Source: an uncultured Acidobacteriota bacterium
GTDB taxonomy: Bacteria > Acidobacteriota > UBA6911
Assembly: GCA_963747985.1 (NCBI GenBank)
Contig: CAVVHG010000002.1
Coordinates: 33,323 to 97,322, forward strand
Direction: 5' to 3'
Length of the DNA: 64,000 nucleotides
Of this stretch, positions 29,739 to 38,944 are shown piece by piece. The notes below the pieces were generated by a model. It worked only from the letters and a program-made list of their open reading frames with translations. It had not been told where the DNA came from and did no database searches. Position 1 is the stretch's first letter. Each line of letters begins with the position of its first letter. Position numbers and translations under genes: made by a program.

Positions 29739-29917
29739 AGAACGTGCGCAGACTCCCGGCGGTATGTCCGGTCGAGCAGCTAAGAAAACCGAATTCCGAA
29801 GACCTGGCACCAGTCGGTTCGCCGACGAATGCCGGGGCAACTGTCGGTGGCTTCGCAGGGCGCCCGAGGCACCAGAGGTTCTTCCGGATGGCTTCCGCGA
29901 ATGGATCGCTCCGCTGA

Positions 29918-30349
29918 TCAGCCGGCGATCAGCATGTAGTCAAGGCCCGGGAACTGGGAGAATGCTCGATCCAGCGTGATCAGCCTGAAGCCGCCGGTGC
30001 ACGCGAATGCCGCTAAGTACGCGTCCATGACAACTTTGGGCGACCGCTCGAACGGCCGGCAGAGAATCTCCCATGTCGCTTCGAATTCCGGCGGTTCCAG
30101 TGTGAAGGAAAAGCGGCCCGAAGCCAGCATTGCGGCGTACAGGGCCCAAGCCGAGGGCAGTGAGACGGCATCCGCACCCAGCGCGGCCTGGGAACTCATC
30201 AGGCGCAGCAGGGCCATCTGCACCGGCCGGCATATGTAGACCGATTCATCGTCCGGCCGTCCCTCCCACCACCGCCGAACCTCCGCGTGCCGCGCGTGGC
30301 ATTCCGCCGCCAGCGCCAGCAATACATTAACGTCGCTGAGCAGCTTCAT
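29918..30349 (-). CDS. PIN-domain toxin VapC
   Basis: The ORF starts MKLLSDVNVLLALA..., a classic VapC N-terminus, and has later acidic residues (MDAYLAAFA, ITLDRAF). It is 143 aa. Confidence 0.8.
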   Translation of the reverse strand: MKLLSDVNVLLALAAECHARHAEVRRWWEGRPDDESVYICRPVQMALLRLMSSQAALGADAVSLPSAWALYAAMLASGRFSFTLEPPEFEATWEILCRPFERSPKVVMDAYLAAFACTGGFRLITLDRAFSQFPGLDYMLIAG

Positions 30350-30593
30350 ATGCCGCCTGCTCCTCGCGCACCAGAATCTCGTGAACTTCGTCCGGCGAAA
30401 GCGTGCGTCGCCCCGGCGTGCGACTCGGAATCAGCGGGAACTTCAGAGCGGCGCCCTTGGGCTTTCTACTCCGCGCATCGAGTTCGCGCTCCAAGGCAAC
30501 GACGATCAGATCTTTCAAACTCATGTTCCGGCGCAGCGCTGCCAGTTTGGCCCGACGCGCCACCGCATCCGGCAAGTCAAGCGTCGTTCTCAT
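30327..30593 (-). CDS. VapB-type (RHH-like) antitoxin
   Basis: A small ORF lies directly upstream of and overlapping the VapC start. It reads MRTTLDLPDAVARRAKLAALRRNMSLKDLIVVALEREL, consistent with a ribbon-helix-helix. The start is taken at the internal Met; the ORF table begins at 30611. Confidence 0.6.
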   Translation of the reverse strand: MRTTLDLPDAVARRAKLAALRRNMSLKDLIVVALERELDARSRKPKGAALKFPLIPSRTPGRRTLSPDEVHEILVREEQAAYEAAQRR

Positions 30594-30979
30594 GAAAGCA
30601 TAATGCTGCATTTATGCTGATATCGTCAAGGACCCAAACCGATCGCTTCGGTCTCGATTTTGAGATCGTCAGCACCAGGGCGATCTCTGCAACCAGAGCC
30701 GCCGGTCAATGAGAGCCGCAAAGGACGCAGAGATAAATACTTGATTCTAAACTGGATATAAGATCATCTTTGCGGTCTTTGCGCCTCCGCGGTGACTCCG
30801 CTATTGCCAGCGAGCAGATTAAACCTGGTCTGGCATATCACGTACGGTGGACGGTATTTGAGTGTCAGGCAGGCGTCCGCATCCTCATCGTTGACGAGCT
30901 TCTCCTCGGAAACTCCGCTCCGCATCAATCTTGTGTCGCGGGCGTCAGCACTTGGTCGGTTCTCCATTGCAGAAAAAGC

Positions 30980-31008
30980 TTGACACATATATTAAGATAG
31001 TGTATTAA
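30980..31008 (+). promoter_or_regulatory. Near-consensus sigma70-type promoter: TTGACA (30980-30985), 17 nt, TATTAA (31003-31008)
   Basis: This is an AT-rich island in otherwise GC-rich DNA, placed directly upstream of the GntR/YtrA regulator gene. Confidence 0.55.
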
Positions 31009-31020
31009 AACAATAATACA
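31001..31020 (+). promoter_or_regulatory. Putative operator: inverted repeat TGTATTA-N6-TAATACA overlapping the -10
   Basis: This is a perfect 7-6-7 palindrome. GntR-family repressors characteristically bind such palindromes at their own promoters. Confidence 0.5.
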
Positions 31021-31038
31021 ATAGAACGATAAGAAGAG

Positions 31039-31431
31039 TTGAGAGGTGAGACCTTGGAGTTCAGGATCGATTCTAAGAGCGGCGTTCCGTTCTATCGACA
31101 GATCATCGAACAGGTCAAGTTTGCCGTTTCCCGTGGCGAGCTTCAGCCCGGCTCCCAGCTCCCGACGGTAAGGCAACTGGCGGTCGACCTCTCGATCAAT
31201 CCCAATACGGTAGTCCGCGCCTACAGGGAGATGGAAATCGAGGGTCTGCTGGAGACTCACCAGGGGTCGGGCACATTCGTCAGACAGCAGAAGTTCGAAA
31301 TCGACGATCTCGAGCGGCAGCGAATGCTTGACCAGATCATCACCGAAATACTCGCCCGCGCCTCGTCATACGGACTGTCGTTTGACGAGGTTCTGGCAGG
31401 ACTGCAGCAACGAAAGGAGGGATCGTTATGA
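31039..31431 (+). CDS. GntR-family transcriptional regulator, YtrA-like short subfamily
   Basis: The wHTH reads PGSQLPTVRQLAVDLSINPNTVVRAYREMEIEGLLETHQGSGTFV, followed by a short C-terminal tail. A TTG start at 31039 or 31054 lies after the RBS gagaggtgag. The stop overlaps the next gene (ATGA). Confidence 0.8.
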   Translation: MRGETLEFRIDSKSGVPFYRQIIEQVKFAVSRGELQPGSQLPTVRQLAVDLSINPNTVVRAYREMEIEGLLETHQGSGTFVRQQKFEIDDLERQRMLDQIITEILARASSYGLSFDEVLAGLQQRKEGSL

Positions 31432-32573
31432 GATCCACATCGACATCGAAGACAAGCATCGTCGAGAAGGCACTCGCGGCGGAAATCCAGCCTGCTGCCA
31501 AGCTGATATCATCGCTGCGTGCCGACTTCCGTTTTGCCCCGCTAAATGCCTTGCTCCTCATCGGGATCTTTGTAGCCGGGCTCGTGCTTCACCTCAACGC
31601 ATACCCCTTCAACACCGATGCGGTCCTGCTCTTCATGCTTTCCGCGCTTGGCCTGGCGGTGGTCCTGCGGATGGTGCAGGTATGGGAAACCGTCGTGATT
31701 CTAGGGGCAGCAGACTGCCTGGCCGGCTATCTCCATCTGCGGCCGAACAGTGACATCCTGCTCGGCACTGTGATCCTGGCGCTTCTTGTCGCCCCCTCTA
31801 TCCAGATCGCGTACCAGTGGGAGAGGGCTGTGGTGCTCCGGTTCGGCAAATTCCGCGCCCTGCGCAAGCCGGGAGTGTTCGTCGTCATACCCGTCATCGA
31901 CAAGGTCGCACGCTTCGTCGACCAGCGGATCCGCGTCACGGACTTCAGCGCCGAGATGACGCTCACCTCCGACACGGTCCCGGTGAACGTCGATGCCATA
32001 GCCTTCTGGATGGTGTGGGATGCGCAGAAGGCCGTGCTCGAAGTGGAGCAGTTCGAAAGCGCCGTCATCCTCTCGGCGCAGACGGCGCTCCGGAATGCGA
32101 TCGGCAAGAACGATCTGGCCAACCTGCTCTCCGAACGTGACCGCCTGGGCCACGAGATCCAGAAGGTCCTGGACGAGAAGACCAGCGCCTGGGGTATTAC
32201 AACTCAGGCGGTGGAGATACGGGACATCATTATCCCGAAGGATCTCGAGGACGCGATGAGCCGGCAGGCACAGGCGGAGCGGGAGCGTCAGAGCCGCATC
32301 ATCCTCGGCACGGCCGAAACCGAGATCGCCGAGAAGTTCGCGCGCGCTTCGGAACACTACAAGGACAACCCGGTGGCCCTGCATCTCAGGGCGATGAACA
32401 TGGTCTATGAAGGACTGCGTCAGAAGGGTTCGATGATTATCGTGCCCTCCACGGCCGTTGAGACTATGGGGCTCGGCGCCCTTGGCGGGCTTACCGCCTT
32501 CGGCCGCGACGTGCCGCAAAGGGACGCCGGCAGCGAAGCACCCGCCGGGGATTCCACGGCAGGCAAGAGCTGA
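31428..32573 (+). CDS. SPFH/band-7 (stomatin/HflK/C-like) membrane protein with an N-terminal multi-TM extension
   Basis: The SPFH core reads YQWERAVVLRFGKFRALRKPGVFVVIPVIDKV...TSDTVPVNVDAIAFWMV...AVEIRDIIIP, with a coiled-coil afterwards. Confidence 0.8.
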   Translation: MRSTSTSKTSIVEKALAAEIQPAAKLISSLRADFRFAPLNALLLIGIFVAGLVLHLNAYPFNTDAVLLFMLSALGLAVVLRMVQVWETVVILGAADCLAGYLHLRPNSDILLGTVILALLVAPSIQIAYQWERAVVLRFGKFRALRKPGVFVVIPVIDKVARFVDQRIRVTDFSAEMTLTSDTVPVNVDAIAFWMVWDAQKAVLEVEQFESAVILSAQTALRNAIGKNDLANLLSERDRLGHEIQKVLDEKTSAWGITTQAVEIRDIIIPKDLEDAMSRQAQAERERQSRIILGTAETEIAEKFARASEHYKDNPVALHLRAMNMVYEGLRQKGSMIIVPSTAVETMGLGALGGLTAFGRDVPQRDAGSEAPAGDSTAGKS

Positions 32574-32897
32574 TCAAAGCAGCGGGGCACCCGGCATTCG
32601 TGAAGGCCGCAGAAAGGAGGATGGCGTGAGACGAATGATCATCATTCTAATCATCCTCTTCGCATGTCTGTTCTGGCTGGCCGGTCCCGGTACGATCCGT
32701 CCAGGGTCGCAACCCCAGGAGTGGCAAGGGCAGGGAAGGGAATCTGTCGTCAGTGTCGTCATTTCCTCATCGAGATTGGCCTTCACCCTGGGCATGCCGG
32801 CCGCGCTGATATACGAGTTGCGCGCCCTTCTAAAGTAGACGCCGGACGGGCGTCCGTCACGTTGCCTGTACCGGCGGCGCGCACCTGCCTGGTGCGG

Positions 32898-35264
32898 TCA
32901 CTGAGCTGCACGAGCGCGTGTGCGGAAGCGCAGCGCGTAGACAGATGCCGTTCCGTCGTCTCCGTTCTCTCCGAGGATAAGGAGGACCAGGTCGCGCTGC
33001 GGGTCATACACCATGGCGCGATTCTGACCGGAGGCGCCGGCCGGAGCCACGATGTCAATCTTTTCCCAACGGTTGACGCCTAACCTGTAAGCCCACAACG
33101 CGTCGCCGAGAGTCAGGAATACATCCTCGCCCGGAACGTAGACAGCCTCCCGCATGCAGGCAGGGGGTGATGCCCCTGCTGCAGCCGTAACCTGCGGCTG
33201 CATATTTTTCCAGCGCGCTGTCTTCAGGTCGAAGGTCCACAGCTCGTCGCGCCTGATCCCTCCTCCGTGCAGGATTACCTGGCCGCGGGTCGAGTCGAAG
33301 GCCAGACTGGTCATTTCATACAGGTTCTGCGGCGATGGCTGTCCTTTGTCCAGTCGCTCCCAGGCAGACCCGCGGAGCAAATAGATCGCGTTGTCTGTCG
33401 GCGGTTGCGAGGGGTTCCACGGCAGCAGGTATCCGGCATCGTTGAGCCTCGCGGGCCAATCCACCGTTACGCCCATCACGCCGAGCGGCGTACTGACCAG
33501 CGTGTCCAAACCTGCCGGAGCCGGTCCAATCAAGTCCCACGAGGCAGTCTCGGGGCCGTAGGCCCAGGTGGCGTATTTCACATACGACGACGGCGGGAAG
33601 ACGAGCGCGTCGGCGGCTGACCGCGGCTTGCCGGGGAACGACTTGAGCCATTCCGGCTCGCAGCCCGTTGTGAGCCGGATCGGGTGAACCATGATCATCT
33701 TCTGTTGCACGGGATCATAGGCATAGATCCGCCGGCCGTGTTCCGTCCAGGGCCCACCCTGGAAGGTCACGCCGGCCAGCCGCACACCGTGATTCCAGAG
33801 TCGTTCCGGATACTCGGGGTTGGTGCCGTCGTGCCAGGCGTCGAGGTCGACATTGAAAGCATCCACATCGTTTCCCTCGTAGCCGCAATGTCCTCCACCC
33901 CAATAGAGAATCTCTCCGCGCCCGGTGTCGAACGTCGCGCTCCCCCAGGTCCGGATGGGAGCCGCTTGCCCGCCCTGATTCAGCTTCACCCACTGGTTGA
34001 TCGGCATGGAAGAGTCCGTGGGCTTTCGCGCGGGCGGACGTGGAGACTCGACGCCAACCTGTCTTTTCGGCATCGGTTCCTGCGACGTGATGCCTGCGTC
34101 CGAATGCTCGATGACATCTCCGTCGATCCGGTATCCATAGGTGGTTCGCACCGGGTACAGGATGTTGCAGGCCGTTTGATCACCCTGTGCTCTTGCGCTG
34201 GTAATGAGCAGAATAAGACGCTTGTCGGCGGCGATGTCTGCGGAGAGGTAGAAACCCGTCGGGACGTCGCCTTTGAGTCTTATCCACCGATCCGATGCCG
34301 GGTCGTATGCCCACATGTCGGTAAGGTCCGTACGGTTGTACCCCCCGCCTATGATGATCCAGCCGGTGACAGGATCGTACACTGTGAAGTGTCCGGCGCG
34401 CGGCGCCGGACCACCGGGAGCAGCGGATTTGCGCCAGCGGCGAGCCTTCAAATCGAATACCCAGGTATCGGCGAGATAACGGCTCTGGCCGTCGCCCCCA
34501 AACAGCACGAGCTGACGGTTCCTCGTGTCGCAGACCATGCGGCTGTTCATGCGCGGTGGAGGCTGGCTTTCGAGGGACAGTCTCTGCCAATCATTGTGTT
34601 TGACGCGATACACCCAGGTTCCTGTGTAACCTGCCAGCTTTCCATCCGGCATCCGCTCGGCGACATGGCCCCCTCCGAACAAGATGACCTCGTCGCCAAC
34701 AGGGTCGTAGGCCAGCGAGCCGCCGACCACGGGAGGCGGGGAACCGGCTGGTGCGAGGTCCGACCAGCGCCGTCTCGCGATATCGTACGTAGCCGTGAGC
34801 CCGCCCGTGAAGTAAAACAGGGAATTCGCAGTCGAATTGTAGGTCACCTGGTCGAACACGATGTTCAGGTCGGGACGCGGGACAGCCTCCTCTTCCTCCG
34901 TCATGCTGCGCATCACGGTGCGCTCACTGCCGGTCGTGATTCCCGAATAGGTCCGCGGAACATATGCCAGCGGGAGGCGCTTGCTCCACGCGCCTTCCAT
35001 CTGAAACGGCAGGCAGCTCCGCCACTGGCCGTCCTCAGGATCAAACGCGACCATGTCATATTCCGGCACTGCCATGAGAGGTTGCTCCTGCAGCAGGTCA
35101 GGATCAGCGTTCATGAATCCCCAGAGAAAGAAAGCCTTGGCTTCGGCGGCGTAGCGGACTGCGCTCCCCGGGCGGGCGCCTGTGATGTCTTTTCGCAACT
35201 CAGCCCATTGGCCGGTTTGGGCAAGGCATGCTGACGACATGAAGAGGATGCACAAGAGACGCAT
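32898..35264 (-). CDS. Secreted Kelch-repeat/beta-propeller protein
   Basis: A signal peptide (MRLLCILFMSSACLAQ) is followed by multiple Kelch-like blades (WVYRVKHNDWQRL, WVFDLKARRWRK, MWAYDPASDRWIRL, LWTFDLKTARWKNM). It is 788 aa. Confidence 0.7.
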   Translation of the reverse strand: MRLLCILFMSSACLAQTGQWAELRKDITGARPGSAVRYAAEAKAFFLWGFMNADPDLLQEQPLMAVPEYDMVAFDPEDGQWRSCLPFQMEGAWSKRLPLAYVPRTYSGITTGSERTVMRSMTEEEEAVPRPDLNIVFDQVTYNSTANSLFYFTGGLTATYDIARRRWSDLAPAGSPPPVVGGSLAYDPVGDEVILFGGGHVAERMPDGKLAGYTGTWVYRVKHNDWQRLSLESQPPPRMNSRMVCDTRNRQLVLFGGDGQSRYLADTWVFDLKARRWRKSAAPGGPAPRAGHFTVYDPVTGWIIIGGGYNRTDLTDMWAYDPASDRWIRLKGDVPTGFYLSADIAADKRLILLITSARAQGDQTACNILYPVRTTYGYRIDGDVIEHSDAGITSQEPMPKRQVGVESPRPPARKPTDSSMPINQWVKLNQGGQAAPIRTWGSATFDTGRGEILYWGGGHCGYEGNDVDAFNVDLDAWHDGTNPEYPERLWNHGVRLAGVTFQGGPWTEHGRRIYAYDPVQQKMIMVHPIRLTTGCEPEWLKSFPGKPRSAADALVFPPSSYVKYATWAYGPETASWDLIGPAPAGLDTLVSTPLGVMGVTVDWPARLNDAGYLLPWNPSQPPTDNAIYLLRGSAWERLDKGQPSPQNLYEMTSLAFDSTRGQVILHGGGIRRDELWTFDLKTARWKNMQPQVTAAAGASPPACMREAVYVPGEDVFLTLGDALWAYRLGVNRWEKIDIVAPAGASGQNRAMVYDPQRDLVLLILGENGDDGTASVYALRFRTRARAAQ

Positions 35265-35572
35265 TTTTGCCTCCTTCGATTTTGGGAACAGGCTACTCAG
35301 CCTCGAAACTCGGTCGCTCGTAAATCTGCGTGTGCCGATGCCCTCTGTTTCGAGGTTGAGTAGCCTGTCCCCAAAACTAGCGATCGGCAGCAGTCTAATT
35401 CAAGACAGGCCTAACGGGAAGATCGCGAGCATGCCGCCACACGGCAACGGGCAGAGTCACGCAGCGCCGGCGTTGCGATACGCACCCTCTCCTTCTCTCG
35501 TGCTATGCTGCGTCCCTCTGTTCCTTGAGTGGCAATCGTGATTGTCCTTCACGAAGTGAGGAGTCATACGCT

Positions 35573-37303
35573 ATGCGGATCATGCGTATTTTCGTCGGGG
35601 TGGCTGCGGCTTGCACTTGCGTCCACGCTTCTGAGAGTGCCGTCTTCGACTCACATGGCCGCCTTACCGGGCTGATGTACGGTGGCGATGAACTTGCAGC
35701 CACAACCAACCTGGGGGCCCCGCTGCCGGGGTGGGTGAGCTTCACCGGTCTCGAGAAATCAGAGCGGACTGAGGTTACCCGTGACGGAGGTGCGACTACC
35801 TGGTCCGGTATCATCGGGCCGGTTGATAACCAGCGCGCCGGTTTCCGTCAGACTGTGCGGGAGAACGGCGGCAAGGTCGGAATCGAAATCGAGGTAAGTG
35901 CCGAGGACGCGCTGGAGACTGAAGGAGTCTTCTTCCGGGTCGACCTGCCCCGCGAACAGTTCTCCGGCGGGAAAGTCTCGTTTGCGGGCGGTGCCGGGCC
36001 GAAGGAATACCCGATGCCGGCTGTGCGTCCTGCCGGACTCGACTTCGCGAGTGGAGAGGCCGGCAGGCTCGTCTTTACGGACGCCTCCGGCGGCTTGAGG
36101 CTCGAACTCGCATTGGATCACGCCTGCCCCGTTTTCATCCGGGACCTCTGGGAGTCCGGCAACCGGCGGTATTCTGCGTTTGTGGCACTGCACAAGGGCT
36201 CCTTGCCCGCAGGAGCAGCGACGAAACTGGCGCTCACCCTTTCTTTGGAGGGCCAGCCCGATCATACAGCTGCACATCTGGCGATGGATACGACGCGGAG
36301 CCGCTACAAGTTTGACGGCTTCGGCGGCAACTACTGCTTCGAGATCGAATCGCCTGTGACCCAATACACGTTGAACAACCTGCGTGTCTCCTGGGCGCGA
36401 ACGGAGATGACTCTCAACGAGTGGGAGCCGATCAACGACGACGGATCGCCGGACGAAATCAACTGGGCGTACTTCGAGACTCGCGATACGCCAGAATCCA
36501 ATCTTCGCCGCGAGTTCCTGCTCGCGAAGCAGATTCAGGACAGGGGCATCCCTTACGCTATATCCGTCTGGCGCATTCCGGAGTGGCTTTTTGAAGATCC
36601 GGGCCGCGGCTCCGGCACCGAGAGGCGGCGCCTGGCGCAGGGACGATGGCCGGAGTTGCTCGAGTCGGTGAGCTCCTACCTGCTCTATGCAAAGCGGAAG
36701 TACGGAGTCGAGCCTGACCTGTTTTCGTTCAACGAACCGGACTGGGGCGTGGACGTGCGATTTTCACCTGCGGAACATCGGGACGCCATCAGGAACTTCG
36801 GTGCTCATTTTCAGAAGCTCGGGCTGAAGACGAAGTGGTTGCTTGCCGACGTGGCGTCCCCGCGTGAGACTTACCTTTTCGCACTACCCGCGGCCAACGA
36901 CCCGGAGGTACTGCAATACATCGGAGCAGTGAGCTTCCATTCATGGTGGGGTGCCCCTCCTGACCAGTACAAAGCCTGGGGAGACTTGGCCGAGTGGCTG
37001 CGACTGCCGCTGCTAGTGGCCGAGTTCGGCGTCGACCCTTCTGCCTGGCAGGGCCAGATGTACGACTCCTTTCACTACGGGATGAGGGAAGTAGGCATGC
37101 TCCAGGAACTGCTGCTTTACGCCAGGCCGCAATCCGCGCTGCTTTGGGAATTCACGGACGACTTGGAATTCGCTTGCTGCGCAAACTGGCACGCGGTAAA
37201 AATTACGCTTGGTCTTGAGGCAAGGCTTGCTTTGGCAGAACCTTCCGACATCACTTTGCGCAGGGAGATGGAGCTGCGCAACATAGGCACTTTGATACCA
37301 TGA
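35573..37303 (+). CDS. Putative secreted clan GH-A glycoside hydrolase (GH30-like)
   Basis: A signal peptide (MRIMRIFVGVAAACTCVHA) is followed by FDGFGGNY, an NEP motif (NEPDWG, the candidate acid/base Glu) and a later AEFG (candidate nucleophile Glu). The family assignment is tentative. Confidence 0.55.
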   Translation: MRIMRIFVGVAAACTCVHASESAVFDSHGRLTGLMYGGDELAATTNLGAPLPGWVSFTGLEKSERTEVTRDGGATTWSGIIGPVDNQRAGFRQTVRENGGKVGIEIEVSAEDALETEGVFFRVDLPREQFSGGKVSFAGGAGPKEYPMPAVRPAGLDFASGEAGRLVFTDASGGLRLELALDHACPVFIRDLWESGNRRYSAFVALHKGSLPAGAATKLALTLSLEGQPDHTAAHLAMDTTRSRYKFDGFGGNYCFEIESPVTQYTLNNLRVSWARTEMTLNEWEPINDDGSPDEINWAYFETRDTPESNLRREFLLAKQIQDRGIPYAISVWRIPEWLFEDPGRGSGTERRRLAQGRWPELLESVSSYLLYAKRKYGVEPDLFSFNEPDWGVDVRFSPAEHRDAIRNFGAHFQKLGLKTKWLLADVASPRETYLFALPAANDPEVLQYIGAVSFHSWWGAPPDQYKAWGDLAEWLRLPLLVAEFGVDPSAWQGQMYDSFHYGMREVGMLQELLLYARPQSALLWEFTDDLEFACCANWHAVKITLGLEARLALAEPSDITLRREMELRNIGTLIP

Positions 37304-38733
37304 AACACCAAACCACGACAGGAAACGGCGTCAGCAGGCGCAGATTCATTGGCAACACGGCCGCTGCAGTAGCGGGCTTCAGCTTCGTGCCGCGGCACGT
37401 CCTCGGCGGGTCGGGCTACGTCCCGCCCAGCGACAAGGTCAACATCGCGATCATCGGATGCGGCGGCCAGGGACGAACCAACCTTCGCTCTCTCAACCGC
37501 TACCAGGACGCACAGGTCATCGCCCTGGCTGACCCGACCGAATCGCTCAGCCTCGACGGTTTCTACTACAAAGGCACCGCAGGCAGGCTCTCCCTTAAGG
37601 CTGAGATCGAGAATCGCTACGCTGCCAGCACGCCCGGCTACAAGGTTGCCGATTACGAGGACTTCCGCGTCATGCTGGAGAAGGAGAAGGCAGTTGACGC
37701 CATACTCTGCGCCACACCGGATCACGCGCACGCGGTCGTGTGTGTGACGGCGATGCGCATGGGCAAACACGTCTATTGCGAGAAGCCTCTTACGCACAAC
37801 GTGTGGGAGGCCCGGCAGGTAGCGCGGGTTGCCAGGGAAACCGGCGTAGCCACCCAGATGGGCAACCAGGGGCATTCAGGCGATGGCATTCGTCAGACTT
37901 GCGAATGGATCTGGGATGGTGCCATCGGCGACGTCCGGGAAGTCCACGCCTGGACGGGCGCGACTCGTTGGAGCAAGAAATACAGCGGCGGAGTGCCGCC
38001 GGAAGAACCGGTCCCGCAAGGCCTCAACTGGGATCTCTGGCTGGGACCCCGCGAGCCTCGCCCTTACAACTCGGTTTATGTGCCTGTCAGCTGGAGGGAT
38101 TTCTGGGATTTCGGCACGGCGCCGATCGGCGACTTCTTCTGCCACAACTTCGATCCCGCGCTCTGGGCCCTGGACCTGCGGGAGCCGATCAGCATCGAAG
38201 CCCATGGTGCCGGGGGCGTGGATTCCTACATGGCACCCGTGGGCGGCTTGTACACCTATCACTTCGGGCCGCGCGGCAAGATGCCTGCCGTCAAGTTCAC
38301 GTGGTACGACGGCGGATTGATGCCATCCCGTCCGGAGGGCCTGGAAGAGAATGATCAGCTCGGCGCCGGCGGCAACGGCATTCTTTTCGTCGGCGACAAG
38401 GGGCTGCTGACCTGTCCCGGTTGGGCAGGCCCGCCCCGCCTCCTGCCCGGCTCCCGGGATGCTGAATACAAGCGTCCCCCGGAAACGCTGCCGCGTTCGA
38501 ACGGGCACCACCGCGACTGGCTCGATGCCTGCAAAGGAGGAAAGCCCTCGAGCGCCAATTTCGAGTACGGTGCGAACCTGACCGAAATCGGCCTCCTCGG
38601 CCTCGTGGCCATGCGCGTGGAGAAAACGATGTACTGGGACGCCAAGGCCATGAAAGCGACGAACGTCCCCGAAGCAGATCAGTACTTGAAGGAGACCTAT
38701 CGCCCCGGTTGGGAACTCCCCCTCGGGGTCTGA
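37300..38733 (+). CDS. Gfo/Idh/MocA-family NAD-dependent oxidoreductase with Tat signal (GH109-like)
   Basis: The Tat motif is SRRRFIGNTAAAVAG and the Rossmann motif is VNIAIIGCGGQGRTN. It is 477 aa, and this architecture is typical of GH109-like enzymes. Confidence 0.75.
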   Translation: MKHQTTTGNGVSRRRFIGNTAAAVAGFSFVPRHVLGGSGYVPPSDKVNIAIIGCGGQGRTNLRSLNRYQDAQVIALADPTESLSLDGFYYKGTAGRLSLKAEIENRYAASTPGYKVADYEDFRVMLEKEKAVDAILCATPDHAHAVVCVTAMRMGKHVYCEKPLTHNVWEARQVARVARETGVATQMGNQGHSGDGIRQTCEWIWDGAIGDVREVHAWTGATRWSKKYSGGVPPEEPVPQGLNWDLWLGPREPRPYNSVYVPVSWRDFWDFGTAPIGDFFCHNFDPALWALDLREPISIEAHGAGGVDSYMAPVGGLYTYHFGPRGKMPAVKFTWYDGGLMPSRPEGLEENDQLGAGGNGILFVGDKGLLTCPGWAGPPRLLPGSRDAEYKRPPETLPRSNGHHRDWLDACKGGKPSSANFEYGANLTEIGLLGLVAMRVEKTMYWDAKAMKATNVPEADQYLKETYRPGWELPLGV

Positions 38734-38944
38734 CCCTGAAAATGTAATTTTTGAACTTGGGCGGCGACTAATACCTTTTGGAAGTTGCACTCGATTTCGA
38801 GGACGAGCACGAGCTAGCCTCGACATCAGGGGCAACGGGGCTGAAAGGCACGGGCGACCGACCAACTGCGCCTGTCTTCATCTCCCGTACTCCTGAGCCG
38901 TGCGAAGTGAGCGAACGACCTCCAGACGAGGACAGGAGACCATC

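Noticed and set aside
31701-32519. 272-aa minus-strand ORF
   Set aside because: It is antisense to the SPFH gene.
33684-35234. 516-aa plus-strand ORF
   Set aside because: It is antisense to the Kelch-propeller gene and has Arg/Gly/His-rich low-complexity composition.
37876-38865. 329-aa minus-strand ORF
   Set aside because: It is antisense to the Gfo/Idh/MocA oxidoreductase gene.
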